A stretch of DNA of 55,830 nucleotides, from NCBI GenBank assembly GCA_938074535.1, contig CALJER010000009.1, positions 1 to 55,830 of the forward strand. The letters are read 5' to 3'. The notes below the pieces were generated by a model. It searched no databases and was not told the origin of the DNA. It saw only the letters and a list, made by a program, of their open reading frames with translations. Positions 19,189 to 28,981 of this stretch are shown here, piece by piece. This stretch comes from an uncultured archaeon (GTDB taxonomy: Archaea; Hadarchaeota; Hadarchaeia; Hadarchaeales; WYZ-LMO6). The translations under genes and the position numbers were made by a program. Every line of letters begins with the position of its first letter. Positions within the stretch are counted from its first letter, which is position 1.

Positions 19189-19264
19189 TTTTCCCGGCTT
19201 CTCTTTCCGTGCGGATCTTCAAAGGAGGGCTCCACCCCCCTGGCCAAAGACCAGGGAAAAGAGG

Positions 19265-19339
19265 TGGACCGGGCGGGATTTGAACCCGCGACCTCCCGCA
19301 TGCCAAGCGGGCGATCATACCAGGCTGATCTACCGGCCC
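19265..19339 (-). tRNA. tRNA-Ala(GGC)
   Basis: GGGCCGG/CCGGTCC acceptor with G3:U70; CCCGC-TTGGCAT-GCGGG anticodon arm; GGTTCAAATCC. Confidence 0.95.
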
Positions 19340-19384
19340 ACCCTACTGCCTCGGGAGGAAGAGATATAGAGGTTTTCGGCCGGT

Positions 19385-19570
19385 CTACCTCAGCCTCAGC
19401 CTTTGCACCGTCTTGGTCTTCCAGCTGTACCTGTACATCCTTCTGGTCCTGCCGAACCCGCAGGCCGCACACACCCCCTTCTGGAGGTGGAACGACCTCC
19501 TGCCGCACCTGCGGCACCTGATGTGGACAGGCTTGTGCCTTTTTCCCATCGAGGGGGTGCCCTTGGTCAT
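19385..19570 (-). CDS. rpl37e: 50S ribosomal protein eL37
   Basis: [15 protein letters not shown]...CAACGFG zinc finger. Confidence 0.96.
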   Translation of the reverse strand: MTKGTPSMGKRHKPVHIRCRRCGRRSFHLQKGVCAACGFGRTRRMYRYSWKTKTVQRLRLR

Positions 19571-19575
19571 CTTCC

Positions 19576-20383
<808 letters not shown>

Positions 20384-20401
20384 GGCAGGTTTAATTTTTC
20401 A

Positions 20402-21256
20402 GTGCTTCAAGCAGACGTGTTCTGGGTATATGGCATAGGTGCGATGGCCGCCACGGCGGCCGGCAAGCAGCTGGCGGAACTTGGTAAAGCCAAGGGAGAT
20501 TTCGCGAAGGCCACTCCCTTTGGAAGCCAATATTTTGCCCTCCTGCTCCTCTATCTCTCCCTCATCTTCGTGCCCGAAGCCCTCTGGCTGACCTGGAACT
20601 TTCCGCACTGGGAAACCATGCACCTGGCGGGGAGCCTTGAGGACATCCCAGCCTGGGGAATCGTCCTTTCGGCGGTGGGGGACATAGCGGTGGCGGTTCT
20701 TGGGTACTGGGTGGCCTACAGGCTCCTCAGCAGGGGTAGGTTCTACGCCGCGCACCTGCAGTGGGTCCTGGGCTACTTCCTCTTCTTCTTCGTGCTGATG
20801 TGTGGCTGGGACGGAAAGGGCTGGCAGAGGTTCATGTACGATCCCACGGTAAGGGGAGGGGTTCTCTGGACCCCGGGGACCTACATGAGCCCGGTGGACT
20901 TCGCCACGAGCAGGGTGGCTCTGACCCTCTACGCCATGGCCCTGCCCACCATCCTCCCGCTGGTGATTTGGGGCTACCTCTGGCTCAGGGAAGGGTTCTC
21001 GCTTCATGGTCTCTCCCAAGAGAAGGCCTCTGCCAAGGCTGCCGCGGGCGTGGGCTCCTACCTCGCGGGGGTGGGGATAGCCCTGGTTTCCGCGGGGGTC
21101 GTCACTGCCCTCATCCACCTCTTCTCCCCCCACCTGTGGCTCCCCCTGAGCTATGCCCTGGGTTTTCTGGTCTTCCTCCTTCCAAGCTACCTGCTCGCGC
21201 TGAAAAAGGGAAGGCCCCTCCACCGTGTCTTCCAGAAGTACTTCCTGACGGACTGA
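20402..21256 (+). CDS. Hypothetical multi-pass membrane protein
   Basis: 284-aa ORF with host-like codon use, about 7 hydrophobic helices and its own TATA box. Confidence 0.75.
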   Translation: MLQADVFWVYGIGAMAATAAGKQLAELGKAKGDFAKATPFGSQYFALLLLYLSLIFVPEALWLTWNFPHWETMHLAGSLEDIPAWGIVLSAVGDIAVAVLGYWVAYRLLSRGRFYAAHLQWVLGYFLFFFVLMCGWDGKGWQRFMYDPTVRGGVLWTPGTYMSPVDFATSRVALTLYAMALPTILPLVIWGYLWLREGFSLHGLSQEKASAKAAAGVGSYLAGVGIALVSAGVVTALIHLFSPHLWLPLSYALGFLVFLLPSYLLALKKGRPLHRVFQKYFLTD

Positions 21257-21318
21257 GGTTCACCCAGCTCACGGATGATACTTAAATCCTTAAATAAAGG
21301 GAAGTAAAGGAAGGTTGG

Positions 21319-21696
21319 GTGTCCATGAAGGCCTTCAAGAGGATCTTCCAGAAGACCCCGGGGGAGGCGGGAGGGGTACAGATTGTAGAGACCGAGACAA
21401 CCAAGGAGGCTAAGCTCGGAATAGAACCCATCCACATAAAGAGCATGAATCTGGAGTCTTCCGAGGACCTGAAGAAAGTGGGGGATGAGCTGCGAGCGGG
21501 CAACATCATGATCCTCAACATCACCTCCTTCATGAGCAGGGATGTGGAGGGCCTGAAGCAGGCCATAGCCCAGCTCAAGGGAATGTGCTACGCCATAGGC
21601 GGTGACATAGGCAGATTGGGGGACTCCTGGATAGTGGCCACCCCCAAGTACGTGACCATCCAGTTCAGGGAGCAAGGAACCGGCTCGGTCACCTGA
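21319..21696 (+). CDS. sepF: Cell division protein SepF
   Basis: ELRAGNIMILNI, GGDIGRLG, IVATP; TTAAATA box at 21290-21296. Confidence 0.88.
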   Translation: MSMKAFKRIFQKTPGEAGGVQIVETETTKEAKLGIEPIHIKSMNLESSEDLKKVGDELRAGNIMILNITSFMSRDVEGLKQAIAQLKGMCYAIGGDIGRLGDSWIVATPKYVTIQFREQGTGSVT

Positions 21697-23599
21697 GCCT
21701 TATCGCCTCCAAGTTGGGAGGGGCCCTCGTTTCCACCCTGAAGAGCTTGTGCAGGGTGCTGGCCAGGTTCAGGCACCTGCTTTCCTCCCCGTGGCAGCAT
21801 ATCACCCGGGAGGGTCTGGAGGAGAGCCTCCTGACGTAGTTGAGGAGCTGGTTCCTGTCCGAATGGCCGCTGAAACCGTCTATGGTCTCTATCCTCATCT
21901 TCACCTCCACTACCTCTGCCCTTCCGTCCTTCCCCCTCAGGGGCACCTCCCTCCACCCCTTCTGAATCCTGCGCCCAAGCGAGCCCTCGCTCTGATATCC
22001 CACGAACACCAGCGTGTTCCTTGGATCCGGGGCAAGCTGTTTGAAGTACTCCAGAACGGGGCCCCCCGTCATCATGCCAGCCGTGGCCAGGATCACGCAC
22101 GGCCCACCATCCACGATGGCCTGCCTGTCGCCCGGTTTTTTGACCTGCACGAAGATTTCGGAAAGGAAGGGGTTGTCTTCCTGGAAGATCAGCTTCCTCA
22201 GGGCGGGGGAGAGGTACTCAGGGTAGAGGGCGTGGATGGCCGTGGCCTCCCAGATCATCCCGTCCAGGTAGACCTCCCCGTCGAACTCCCCCCTGCGGTA
22301 GGCCTCCTCCAGCAGCATCATGATCTCTTGGGACCTGCCCACGGCGAACACCGGCACCAGCACCTTCCCCCCTCCCTCCATGGTCTCCCTCACCAGCTGC
22401 AGGAACTTCTGCTCGGCCTCCGCCCTGGGAAGCTGGACGCTGTCGGGCCCCCCGTAGGTGCTCTCTAGGATGAGGGTCTCCACCCTTGGGAAGGAACAGA
22501 CGGCGGGGAGGAAGAGCTTGGTCCTGTCGAACTTGATGTCCCCCGTGTAGACCACGTTGTGAAGTCCCTCACCGAAGTGGAGGTGAACCACCGAGGAACC
22601 CAGGATGTGGCCTGCGTTGTACAGGGCGATTTTGAGGTCGGGGGAAATGTCGGTGATCTCCCCCCACTCCAGCGTGATGCAGTGCTGCACGAAGGTGCGC
22701 ACCTCCTTCTGGGTGAAGGGGGAGGCCTTGTCCTCCCTCTCCCCCACCTCCAGGTAGTCGTTCAGCAGGAGCACGGCCAGATCCCTGGTGGGGGGCGTGC
22801 AGTACACCGGCCCGTCGTAGCCGTAGCGGTAGAGGTAGGGCAGGAAGCCCACATGGTCCAGATGGGCGTGGGAGATCACCACCGCGTCGAGTTCGGCCAG
22901 CCTGCACTCCGGTGCCTCTAGATGGGGATAGGCCCTGTCCTCCGAGGCCACGTTCACCCCACAGTCGAGCATCACCTTGCTTTCCGGAGTCTGGAGGAGG
23001 AGGGAGGACCGTCCCACCTCCCTGGCCCCCCCGAGCAGGGAGATCCTCAGCCAGTCCCCCCTGCCCCTGGGCTGCCTGTGGATTCTCCTTCCTATTCCCT
23101 GCAGGATTTCCAGCTTTTTCCCGCTGTTCTGCAGGAGGGAGAAACGGATGCCCTGGACGAGGTCGGACTGGATGGGCGGGGTCCGGACTACCCTGGGGGC
23201 CCACCCTATCTCCTTCATCACCATCCTCAGCGTGGAGCCGTCCCTTCCTATCGCCATCCCCGGTTTCTGTGCCTCCACCACCACCTCCCCCGTGGTCCTG
23301 TCGAAGAGGATGGTCGTTATCCCGGCTTCGGGCGGGATGAGCTCCCTTATCTTCTTCTCCGCCTCGGCTTCCTCCATCAGGAGCTGCGAATCAGGCCTCA
23401 GGATGATGCGCTTGTGGAGCTTTTTGGCCAGGTCCCTGATGGCGTCTCCACCTTCCGTGAGAAGGTTGAGGTTCTTACAGTACATGACGATTTTGGGCCC
23501 CTCGAATTCCACACGTGAAACCGACTCCCCCAGCACGGGGTCCTGTTTGACGAGCTCCTTCGCCTGCTGCAGCAGGTCTTCTGTCGCCATGATCTTCAC
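21689..23599 (-). CDS. fttA: KH/beta-CASP ribonuclease aCPSF1 (transcription termination factor FttA)
   Basis: EFEGP, KH domains, SHAHLDH, AGHILGS, GFSGHSD, CHGE; follows psmB. Confidence 0.96.
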   Translation of the reverse strand: MKIMATEDLLQQAKELVKQDPVLGESVSRVEFEGPKIVMYCKNLNLLTEGGDAIRDLAKKLHKRIILRPDSQLLMEEAEAEKKIRELIPPEAGITTILFDRTTGEVVVEAQKPGMAIGRDGSTLRMVMKEIGWAPRVVRTPPIQSDLVQGIRFSLLQNSGKKLEILQGIGRRIHRQPRGRGDWLRISLLGGAREVGRSSLLLQTPESKVMLDCGVNVASEDRAYPHLEAPECRLAELDAVVISHAHLDHVGFLPYLYRYGYDGPVYCTPPTRDLAVLLLNDYLEVGEREDKASPFTQKEVRTFVQHCITLEWGEITDISPDLKIALYNAGHILGSSVVHLHFGEGLHNVVYTGDIKFDRTKLFLPAVCSFPRVETLILESTYGGPDSVQLPRAEAEQKFLQLVRETMEGGGKVLVPVFAVGRSQEIMMLLEEAYRRGEFDGEVYLDGMIWEATAIHALYPEYLSPALRKLIFQEDNPFLSEIFVQVKKPGDRQAIVDGGPCVILATAGMMTGGPVLEYFKQLAPDPRNTLVFVGYQSEGSLGRRIQKGWREVPLRGKDGRAEVVEVKMRIETIDGFSGHSDRNQLLNYVRRLSSRPSRVICCHGEESRCLNLASTLHKLFRVETRAPPNLEAIRLR

Positions 23600-23609
23600 G
23601 CCGGAAGGA

Positions 23610-24230
23610 TCAGGAAAGCTTCAGGATCTCCTCTGGGGAGAGGGCCTGGATGCCGCTCTCCCTTATCACCAGCACCTCCACCTCGTTGCCGGTGGCGATG
23701 TCCCTCTTCATCGCGGTCCTGATGGCTTTCACGGCCACGGGCAGGACTTCCTTGACCCTGGCCCCCTCCTTCACCTCGCTCTCCAGGACCCCGTAGGCCA
23801 CAGGGGATCCCGATCCCGTGGCCACCATCCTCTCCTCCGTGAGGGTACCTTCCGTGCCTACGAAGTAGAGCTTCGGCCCACCCTCGTCCACTCCTCCCAC
23901 CAGCAGGTGGGCCAGGTAGGGTAGCAACAACTGCGAGTGGAGGAGGTTGGAGGCCATCTTGGCCACGGCGCTCACCGGAATGAGCCTGCCCTCCCTCACC
24001 GTGTAGAGGGAGGCCTCAGCCCTCAGCATCCTGACAAGGGCCTGCACGTCCCCCACTCCTCCGGCCACGGTGGCGGCCACCCTGTCGGTTATCTCGTAGA
24101 GCTTCTTGGCTCTCTTGCTGGCGATGAGGTGTCCGGCCGTGGCCCTGGTGTCCGCGGCCAGCACCACGCCGTCCTTGCAGACCACTCCCACGGTGGTGGT
24201 ACCGGTGAAGTTCTTCGGGTCTCTCTCCAC
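23610..24230 (-). CDS. psmB: Proteasome subunit beta
   Basis: TG|TTTVG processing site, GSGS, RD..TG. Confidence 0.96.
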   Translation of the reverse strand: MERDPKNFTGTTTVGVVCKDGVVLAADTRATAGHLIASKRAKKLYEITDRVAATVAGGVGDVQALVRMLRAEASLYTVREGRLIPVSAVAKMASNLLHSQLLLPYLAHLLVGGVDEGGPKLYFVGTEGTLTEERMVATGSGSPVAYGVLESEVKEGARVKEVLPVAVKAIRTAMKRDIATGNEVEVLVIRESGIQALSPEEILKLS

Positions 24231-24309
24231 CAGCTCAACTCCCAGAAAACGACCATTTTTTTCTCTGTGATTTCATATTTAAATTTTGTCTTTTCGATGG
24301 AAGTCGTGC

Positions 24310-25464
24310 ATGATCGGTTTTGAGGTGAAGAACGTTTTTGAGCACGTGGACAGGCTGGCGTACGAGATAGGGCCCAGGAGGGCGGGGAGCAAGGGAGACA
24401 GGAGGGCGGTGGAGTACCTCTCCTCCAGGCTCAGGGAGTACGGCCTAAAGGTCCGCGTGCAGGAGGTTGGCTTCGTGGACAGGACCCACCTCCTGGTCTT
24501 TCGGCTCTCGGCGGGCCTCCTCTTCCTCTCCCTCGCCTTTTTCCTTCCACCCCTTCCCTCCCTTCTCCTCTGGGCCCTCTTCCTCCTCCTTTCCGGGATG
24601 TCGGACAGGATCCTCCCCCAAAAGAAGACCTGCAATCTCTTGGCGGAGGTGGAGGGCGAGGGGGAGAGAAGGGTGCTGCTGGCGCACAGGGACTCCGCCC
24701 CCTGCGTCTCACGTCCGGGCCTGCTGGAGATTTCCCTCCTCCTCCTTCCCCTCTCCTTCCTTCTTCCCTCCCTCCTTCTCCTCCTCAGGCTCCTCTTCCC
24801 CTCCCTCTGGCCCTGGGGAGGTTTCCTCTCCCTCTTCCTCTTCGCCCTCTTCCCCTCCCTCCGCCTTCTCTCCCTCTCCTCCAGGGTCTCACCCGGGGCC
24901 AACGACAACGCCTCGGGGGTCTCCCTTCTCCTGGAGGTGGCCAGGATCAGCTCCCAGCTCAGCCCCAGACCGCCCCTGCTCCTGGTGTTCACGGGAGCGG
25001 AGGAGGAAGGCCTCCGGGGAGCAAGGGTCCTCGCCTCCGGGGGGATGCTCAGGAGGGAGGATCGCATCCTGAACGTGGATACGGTGGGCGTGGGAAGAGC
25101 ATATCTGGTGGTGGGGGGTGGTCTCCTCCGCAGGACAAAGACCCCGCGGGACCTCAACGAGGAGGTGGGGAGGTGCCTGAGGGAGGAGGGCCTCAAGCCG
25201 GGGGAGTGGTGGACTGTTTTCTCCGTCCACGACCACCTTCCCCTGGTTCGCAAGGGATTTTCGGCCACCACCCTCACCGCAGACACGGGGCTCCGCAGGG
25301 CCTCCTCCCTCTCGAAGCTCCTCAGGCTCAACGGGGCGGGCAGGAGGGGGTGGAAGTACCTGCACACGGAGGAGGACCTTCCTCCCAGGTTGGAGCTCCA
25401 CACGCTGGAGAGGGTGGGTAAGGCCCTGCTGAGGTTCGTGGGCGCTGAGGGGACAGCCGGGTGA
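24310..25464 (+). CDS. Membrane-embedded M28 family metallopeptidase
   Basis: AHRDS, GANDNASG, GAEEEG, NVD, H near C-terminus; two Leu-rich TM insertions. Confidence 0.85.
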   Translation: MIGFEVKNVFEHVDRLAYEIGPRRAGSKGDRRAVEYLSSRLREYGLKVRVQEVGFVDRTHLLVFRLSAGLLFLSLAFFLPPLPSLLLWALFLLLSGMSDRILPQKKTCNLLAEVEGEGERRVLLAHRDSAPCVSRPGLLEISLLLLPLSFLLPSLLLLLRLLFPSLWPWGGFLSLFLFALFPSLRLLSLSSRVSPGANDNASGVSLLLEVARISSQLSPRPPLLLVFTGAEEEGLRGARVLASGGMLRREDRILNVDTVGVGRAYLVVGGGLLRRTKTPRDLNEEVGRCLREEGLKPGEWWTVFSVHDHLPLVRKGFSATTLTADTGLRRASSLSKLLRLNGAGRRGWKYLHTEEDLPPRLELHTLERVGKALLRFVGAEGTAG

Positions 25465-25468
25465 GGGG

Positions 25469-26464
25469 ATGGAGCTCTCTCTCTTTCTTCCCATAGCGGC
25501 CTCCCTCCTCCTGGCCGCCGGCATGGGTGCGAGCGACACCGCCGACGCCATGGGGACGGCGGTGGGGGCCAGGATTCTCTCCTACCGGAGGGCCGTCCTG
25601 CTTTTCGCCCTCTTCCTCTTCCTGGGGGCCGTGCTTGAGGGGGGGAAGCTGGTGGAGCCCGTGGGCAGGGAGGTGGTCTCCGGACCCCTCTTTTCGGACC
25701 ATCCCCTTCCCCTTTCCTTGGTTCTGCTCCTCTCCGGCGCGGCGGTGGTGGTCAGCGCCTGGTTCGGCGTTCCCCTCTCCACCCATCAGGTGATCCTGGG
25801 GGGAATGATCGGAGGTGGGATGTCGGGAAGCCTGATGGTGGGCCCCGGGGGGGTCGGACTGCAGGGGGGAAAGGTGCTGCAGGTGGTGCTGGCCTGGTGC
25901 TTTACCCCCTTCCTCTCCCTCCTCCTCTCCTTTTTCCTCTGCCGCGCCCTCAGGCACCTCTTCCTCTCGGTGAAGAACCCTGCAGGTCTGAACCTCCTCT
26001 TTTCCCTGGGCGTGGTTTCCAGCGGATGCTACATGGCGTACGTGATGGGAGCCAACGGCCTGGGCACCGTGATCGGGAGCTTCTTCGCCACCAGAAGGGG
26101 TGAGCTCACCCCTTCCTTTCTCCGCACCATGGCCCTTGGAGGTGCCGCGCTCGTGGTGGCGGGCGCCTTCGCCCTGGGAGAAAGGGTGGTGAGGACCGTG
26201 GGGAGCGGTTTGGCCCCCCTCTCGCCCACCAGCGCCATAGCCTCCCAGCTCAGCGCGGGCCTGAGCGTGCACCTCCTCACCCAGTACGGCCTTCCGGTTT
26301 CCATGAGCCATGCCATCGTGGCCAGCGTGGTGGGGGCGGGCCTGGCCATGGATGTCTCCACGGTGAGGACGAGGAGGGTGAGGGATCTGGTCCTGGTTTG
26401 GGTGCTCTGTCCCCTCCTCACCTTCGCGCTGGGTGGGCTCTTCTACGCCCTCTACTTCCGGTGA
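25469..26464 (+). CDS. PiT family inorganic phosphate transporter (divergent signature motifs)
   Basis: GASDTADAMGTAVG, GVPLSTHQ, VVRTVG, GLPVSMSH. Confidence 0.88.
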   Translation: MELSLFLPIAASLLLAAGMGASDTADAMGTAVGARILSYRRAVLLFALFLFLGAVLEGGKLVEPVGREVVSGPLFSDHPLPLSLVLLLSGAAVVVSAWFGVPLSTHQVILGGMIGGGMSGSLMVGPGGVGLQGGKVLQVVLAWCFTPFLSLLLSFFLCRALRHLFLSVKNPAGLNLLFSLGVVSSGCYMAYVMGANGLGTVIGSFFATRRGELTPSFLRTMALGGAALVVAGAFALGERVVRTVGSGLAPLSPTSAIASQLSAGLSVHLLTQYGLPVSMSHAIVASVVGAGLAMDVSTVRTRRVRDLVLVWVLCPLLTFALGGLFYALYFR

Positions 26465-26465
26465 C

Positions 26466-27143
26466 TCAAACCCTGAAACCGTAGATGAGGATGAGCAGGA
26501 GGTGGCTGGCCTCCTCCGCCTGGTCCGAGATGTCCCCTATCCCGTGGATGATCTGGTCGAGCTGCATGACGGTCAGGGGATCGAGGTCCTTCTCCCTTTC
26601 GTAGAGGTATACGATCAGCCCCTGCTCTATCAGATCAGACTCGTGCTCCCTCCTCCCCACTTCCTTCGCCTGAGCCTCCGCCAGGTCCATGTTGGAGAGG
26701 AGGGTCTTCACGGAGGAGGAGAGGGCCTCCGTGCAGCACTTGGCCAGCTCCCCCATCTTCACCATTCCCTCCCTCAGCCTCTCCATCCTCTTTCCCGCCC
26801 TTTTCATCACCTTCCAGGTTCTTTCCCTGCTCAGGATGGTCCTGCTCACCTCCTCCGTCACGTCCGATACGTTGTCCAGCTGGGAGCCCAACCTGGCCAG
26901 GTCACCGCGGTAGGCGGGTAGAAAGGCCCCACCGGCCAGAGCGCGGTTGAACTTTCCCAGCCTGTCGTCAGCCTGACTTTCCAAGAGGGTGACCTCCCTC
27001 CCCAGGCAACAGGCCCTTTCCCACTCGAAGGAGGAGAAGGCCTGGATCATCTCCTCGAACTTCCTCACCACCGCCAGCACGGCCTCGGAGTGAAGCCCAA
27101 GCAGCCTGAGCGTCTCCCTCTCCCTTCCCTTCCACATCCTCAT
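26466..27143 (-). CDS. DUF47 / PhoU-like phosphate transport accessory protein
   Basis: LESQADD, GAFLP..RGD, REHESD, ISDQAEE. Confidence 0.85.
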   Translation of the reverse strand: MRMWKGRERETLRLLGLHSEAVLAVVRKFEEMIQAFSSFEWERACCLGREVTLLESQADDRLGKFNRALAGGAFLPAYRGDLARLGSQLDNVSDVTEEVSRTILSRERTWKVMKRAGKRMERLREGMVKMGELAKCCTEALSSSVKTLLSNMDLAEAQAKEVGRREHESDLIEQGLIVYLYEREKDLDPLTVMQLDQIIHGIGDISDQAEEASHLLLILIYGFRV

Positions 27144-27643
27144 ACCCCCGTCTTCCTTCCCACCCTCCTGAGCTCGGAACCGCAGGCGGAGCAGCGCACG
27201 GCTTTCACGGAGTACCTCCTCCCGCAGGCGGGACAGACCTTCGACCACCTCAGCACCTCTTTTATACCAGGCATCAGCAGCCCCCGGTAGGGTATTCCCA
27301 TGAGGCCCGCCAGGTTCTGGATGCCGTAGTCGTCCGTGACCACCTCCACCTCCCTCCCCCCCTTCTTCAGCGAGAGGGCCAGGGCGAGAAGCCCCAGGTC
27401 CGTGTCGGAGAGCCTGTTGCCAGTTTTCTCCGCCAGTCTCTTCACCTCTACCTTCTCCCCGGCTGGTGGTTCCAGGATCGTGACCTTCCTGCCCAGCAGG
27501 CCGGCCTCCAGCCTGGAGCGGGAGAGTCCCCCCCTCAGCTCGTCCAGGACCGAGGTTACGGTTACCTGCTCGGTCTCTTCCTTCCCCGGAGAGAAACCCC
27601 CTATCAGGGCAGAGGTGTCTAGAACATACACCTTGCTCACCAT
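27140..27643 (-). CDS. nob1: NOB1 family PIN endonuclease (rRNA maturation)
   Basis: VLDTSA, LSDTD, TDDYGIQN, C-terminal CPAC...CSACGS zinc ribbon. Confidence 0.93.
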   Translation of the reverse strand: MVSKVYVLDTSALIGGFSPGKEETEQVTVTSVLDELRGGLSRSRLEAGLLGRKVTILEPPAGEKVEVKRLAEKTGNRLSDTDLGLLALALSLKKGGREVEVVTDDYGIQNLAGLMGIPYRGLLMPGIKEVLRWSKVCPACGRRYSVKAVRCSACGSELRRVGRKTGV

Positions 27644-28437
27644 ATCTTCTCCCTCAACCTCCTGTAAAAGTTGCCCCTCCACCTCAGGAAGGAGACGGGC
27701 CGCTCCGATTTGAAGAGGGAGATCCTTTCTCCGGGCTCCACCCTCTCCAGGAACTGCCCGTCGATCACGACGGAAGCCTGGTTGTCTGCTCTCGTCACCT
27801 CCACCTCTACCTTCCTGGAGCTCGGGATTACCATGGGAGGGATGGGGGGGGAGGTACACAGCGGGGTGAGCACCAGCGCCTCCATCCCGGGCTCCACCAC
27901 GGGACCTCCCGCTGAGAGGGAGTGCCCGGTGCTCCCGGTGGGGGTGGCCACCACCACTCCGTCCCCCCTGGCCTCGTAGAGAGCTTCGCCCTCCACCAGG
28001 ACCCTGAAAGAAACGGACTTTCCCGGCAGGAGCCAGGTGACGCAGGCGTCGTTGATGGCGTCGGGGAGCCTCTTCTTTCCCACCTCCGTGGCCAGCGCCA
28101 TCCTCCTCTCCACCTCCAGCTCCCCCCTCAGCATCTTCTTCACGGCTTCCTCGGCCTCAGAGGGAGGGACCTCCGCGAGGAAGCCCCTCCTGCCCAGGTG
28201 GATGCCCAGGAGGGGGAGGTGCGGGGCGAGCAGGTGAGCGCCGAGGAGGGTGCCGTCCCCACCCACGGTGAGGAGGGCCTCCACCTCCATTTCCCCCACC
28301 TCCTTTCCCTTCCTACCCAGCCTCTTGGCCAGCTTCTTTTCCAGCACCATGGATCCCTCCGGTGCGGTCTTCAGGAGCTTGCGGACGAACTCGAGAGCGG
28401 GAGGAAAATCGAGACGGGCCACCACCCCCACCCTCAT
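27637..28437 (-). CDS. nadK: NAD(+) kinase
   Basis: GGDGT, GRRGFL, ND, GDGVVVATPTGST.HSLSAGGP. Confidence 0.93.
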   Translation of the reverse strand: MRVGVVARLDFPPALEFVRKLLKTAPEGSMVLEKKLAKRLGRKGKEVGEMEVEALLTVGGDGTLLGAHLLAPHLPLLGIHLGRRGFLAEVPPSEAEEAVKKMLRGELEVERRMALATEVGKKRLPDAINDACVTWLLPGKSVSFRVLVEGEALYEARGDGVVVATPTGSTGHSLSAGGPVVEPGMEALVLTPLCTSPPIPPMVIPSSRKVEVEVTRADNQASVVIDGQFLERVEPGERISLFKSERPVSFLRWRGNFYRRLREKIW

Positions 28438-28559
28438 CCGTGTCACCACCCTTACTCGGTTGAGGCTTCTTTTAACCCCACCGAAGGGGGTCACGGTTTT
28501 CTGGAGATGGAGGAATCAAAAACCTCTTTAAAGGAGCTGGCTTAGAGTAGTAGAACTCC

Positions 28560-28946
28560 ATGAAAGAGGTAGTGGAAGTGGGAAAGCTCAGGGAGGGCAG
28601 GTTCATCATCATAGACGGGGAGCCCTGCAGGATCGTGGGCTACAGCACCTCCGCCCCCGGAAAGCACGGGCACGCGAAGGCGAAGATAGACGCCATAAGC
28701 TTCTTCGACGGTCAGAAGAGAACGGTGATAAAGCCCACCAGCGCCAAGGTGGAGGTCCCCATCGTGAAGAGGGGGAACGCCCAGGTGCTGGCGGTGGTGA
28801 AGAACAGCGCCCAGCTCATGGACCTAACCACCTACGAGACCTTCGAACTCCCCATCCCGATGGAGCTCAGGGGGGACATCAAGGAAGGCGCAGAGGTCGA
28901 GTACATAGAGGCCCTGGGAAGGCGCAAGATAGAGAGGGTAAAGTAG
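28560..28946 (+). CDS. eif5a: Translation factor aIF5A
   Basis: SAPGKHGHAK hypusination motif; TTTAAA box at 28527-28532. Confidence 0.97.
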   Translation: MKEVVEVGKLREGRFIIIDGEPCRIVGYSTSAPGKHGHAKAKIDAISFFDGQKRTVIKPTSAKVEVPIVKRGNAQVLAVVKNSAQLMDLTTYETFELPIPMELRGDIKEGAEVEYIEALGRRKIERVK

Positions 28947-28981
28947 TATTTTAGTGTTGTAACCCCATCCGGTCTGAGAGC

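Noticed and set aside
24500-24890. CTC/CTT-rich low-complexity tracts
   Set aside because: They encode Leu/Phe/Ser-rich transmembrane helices and are not independent repeats.
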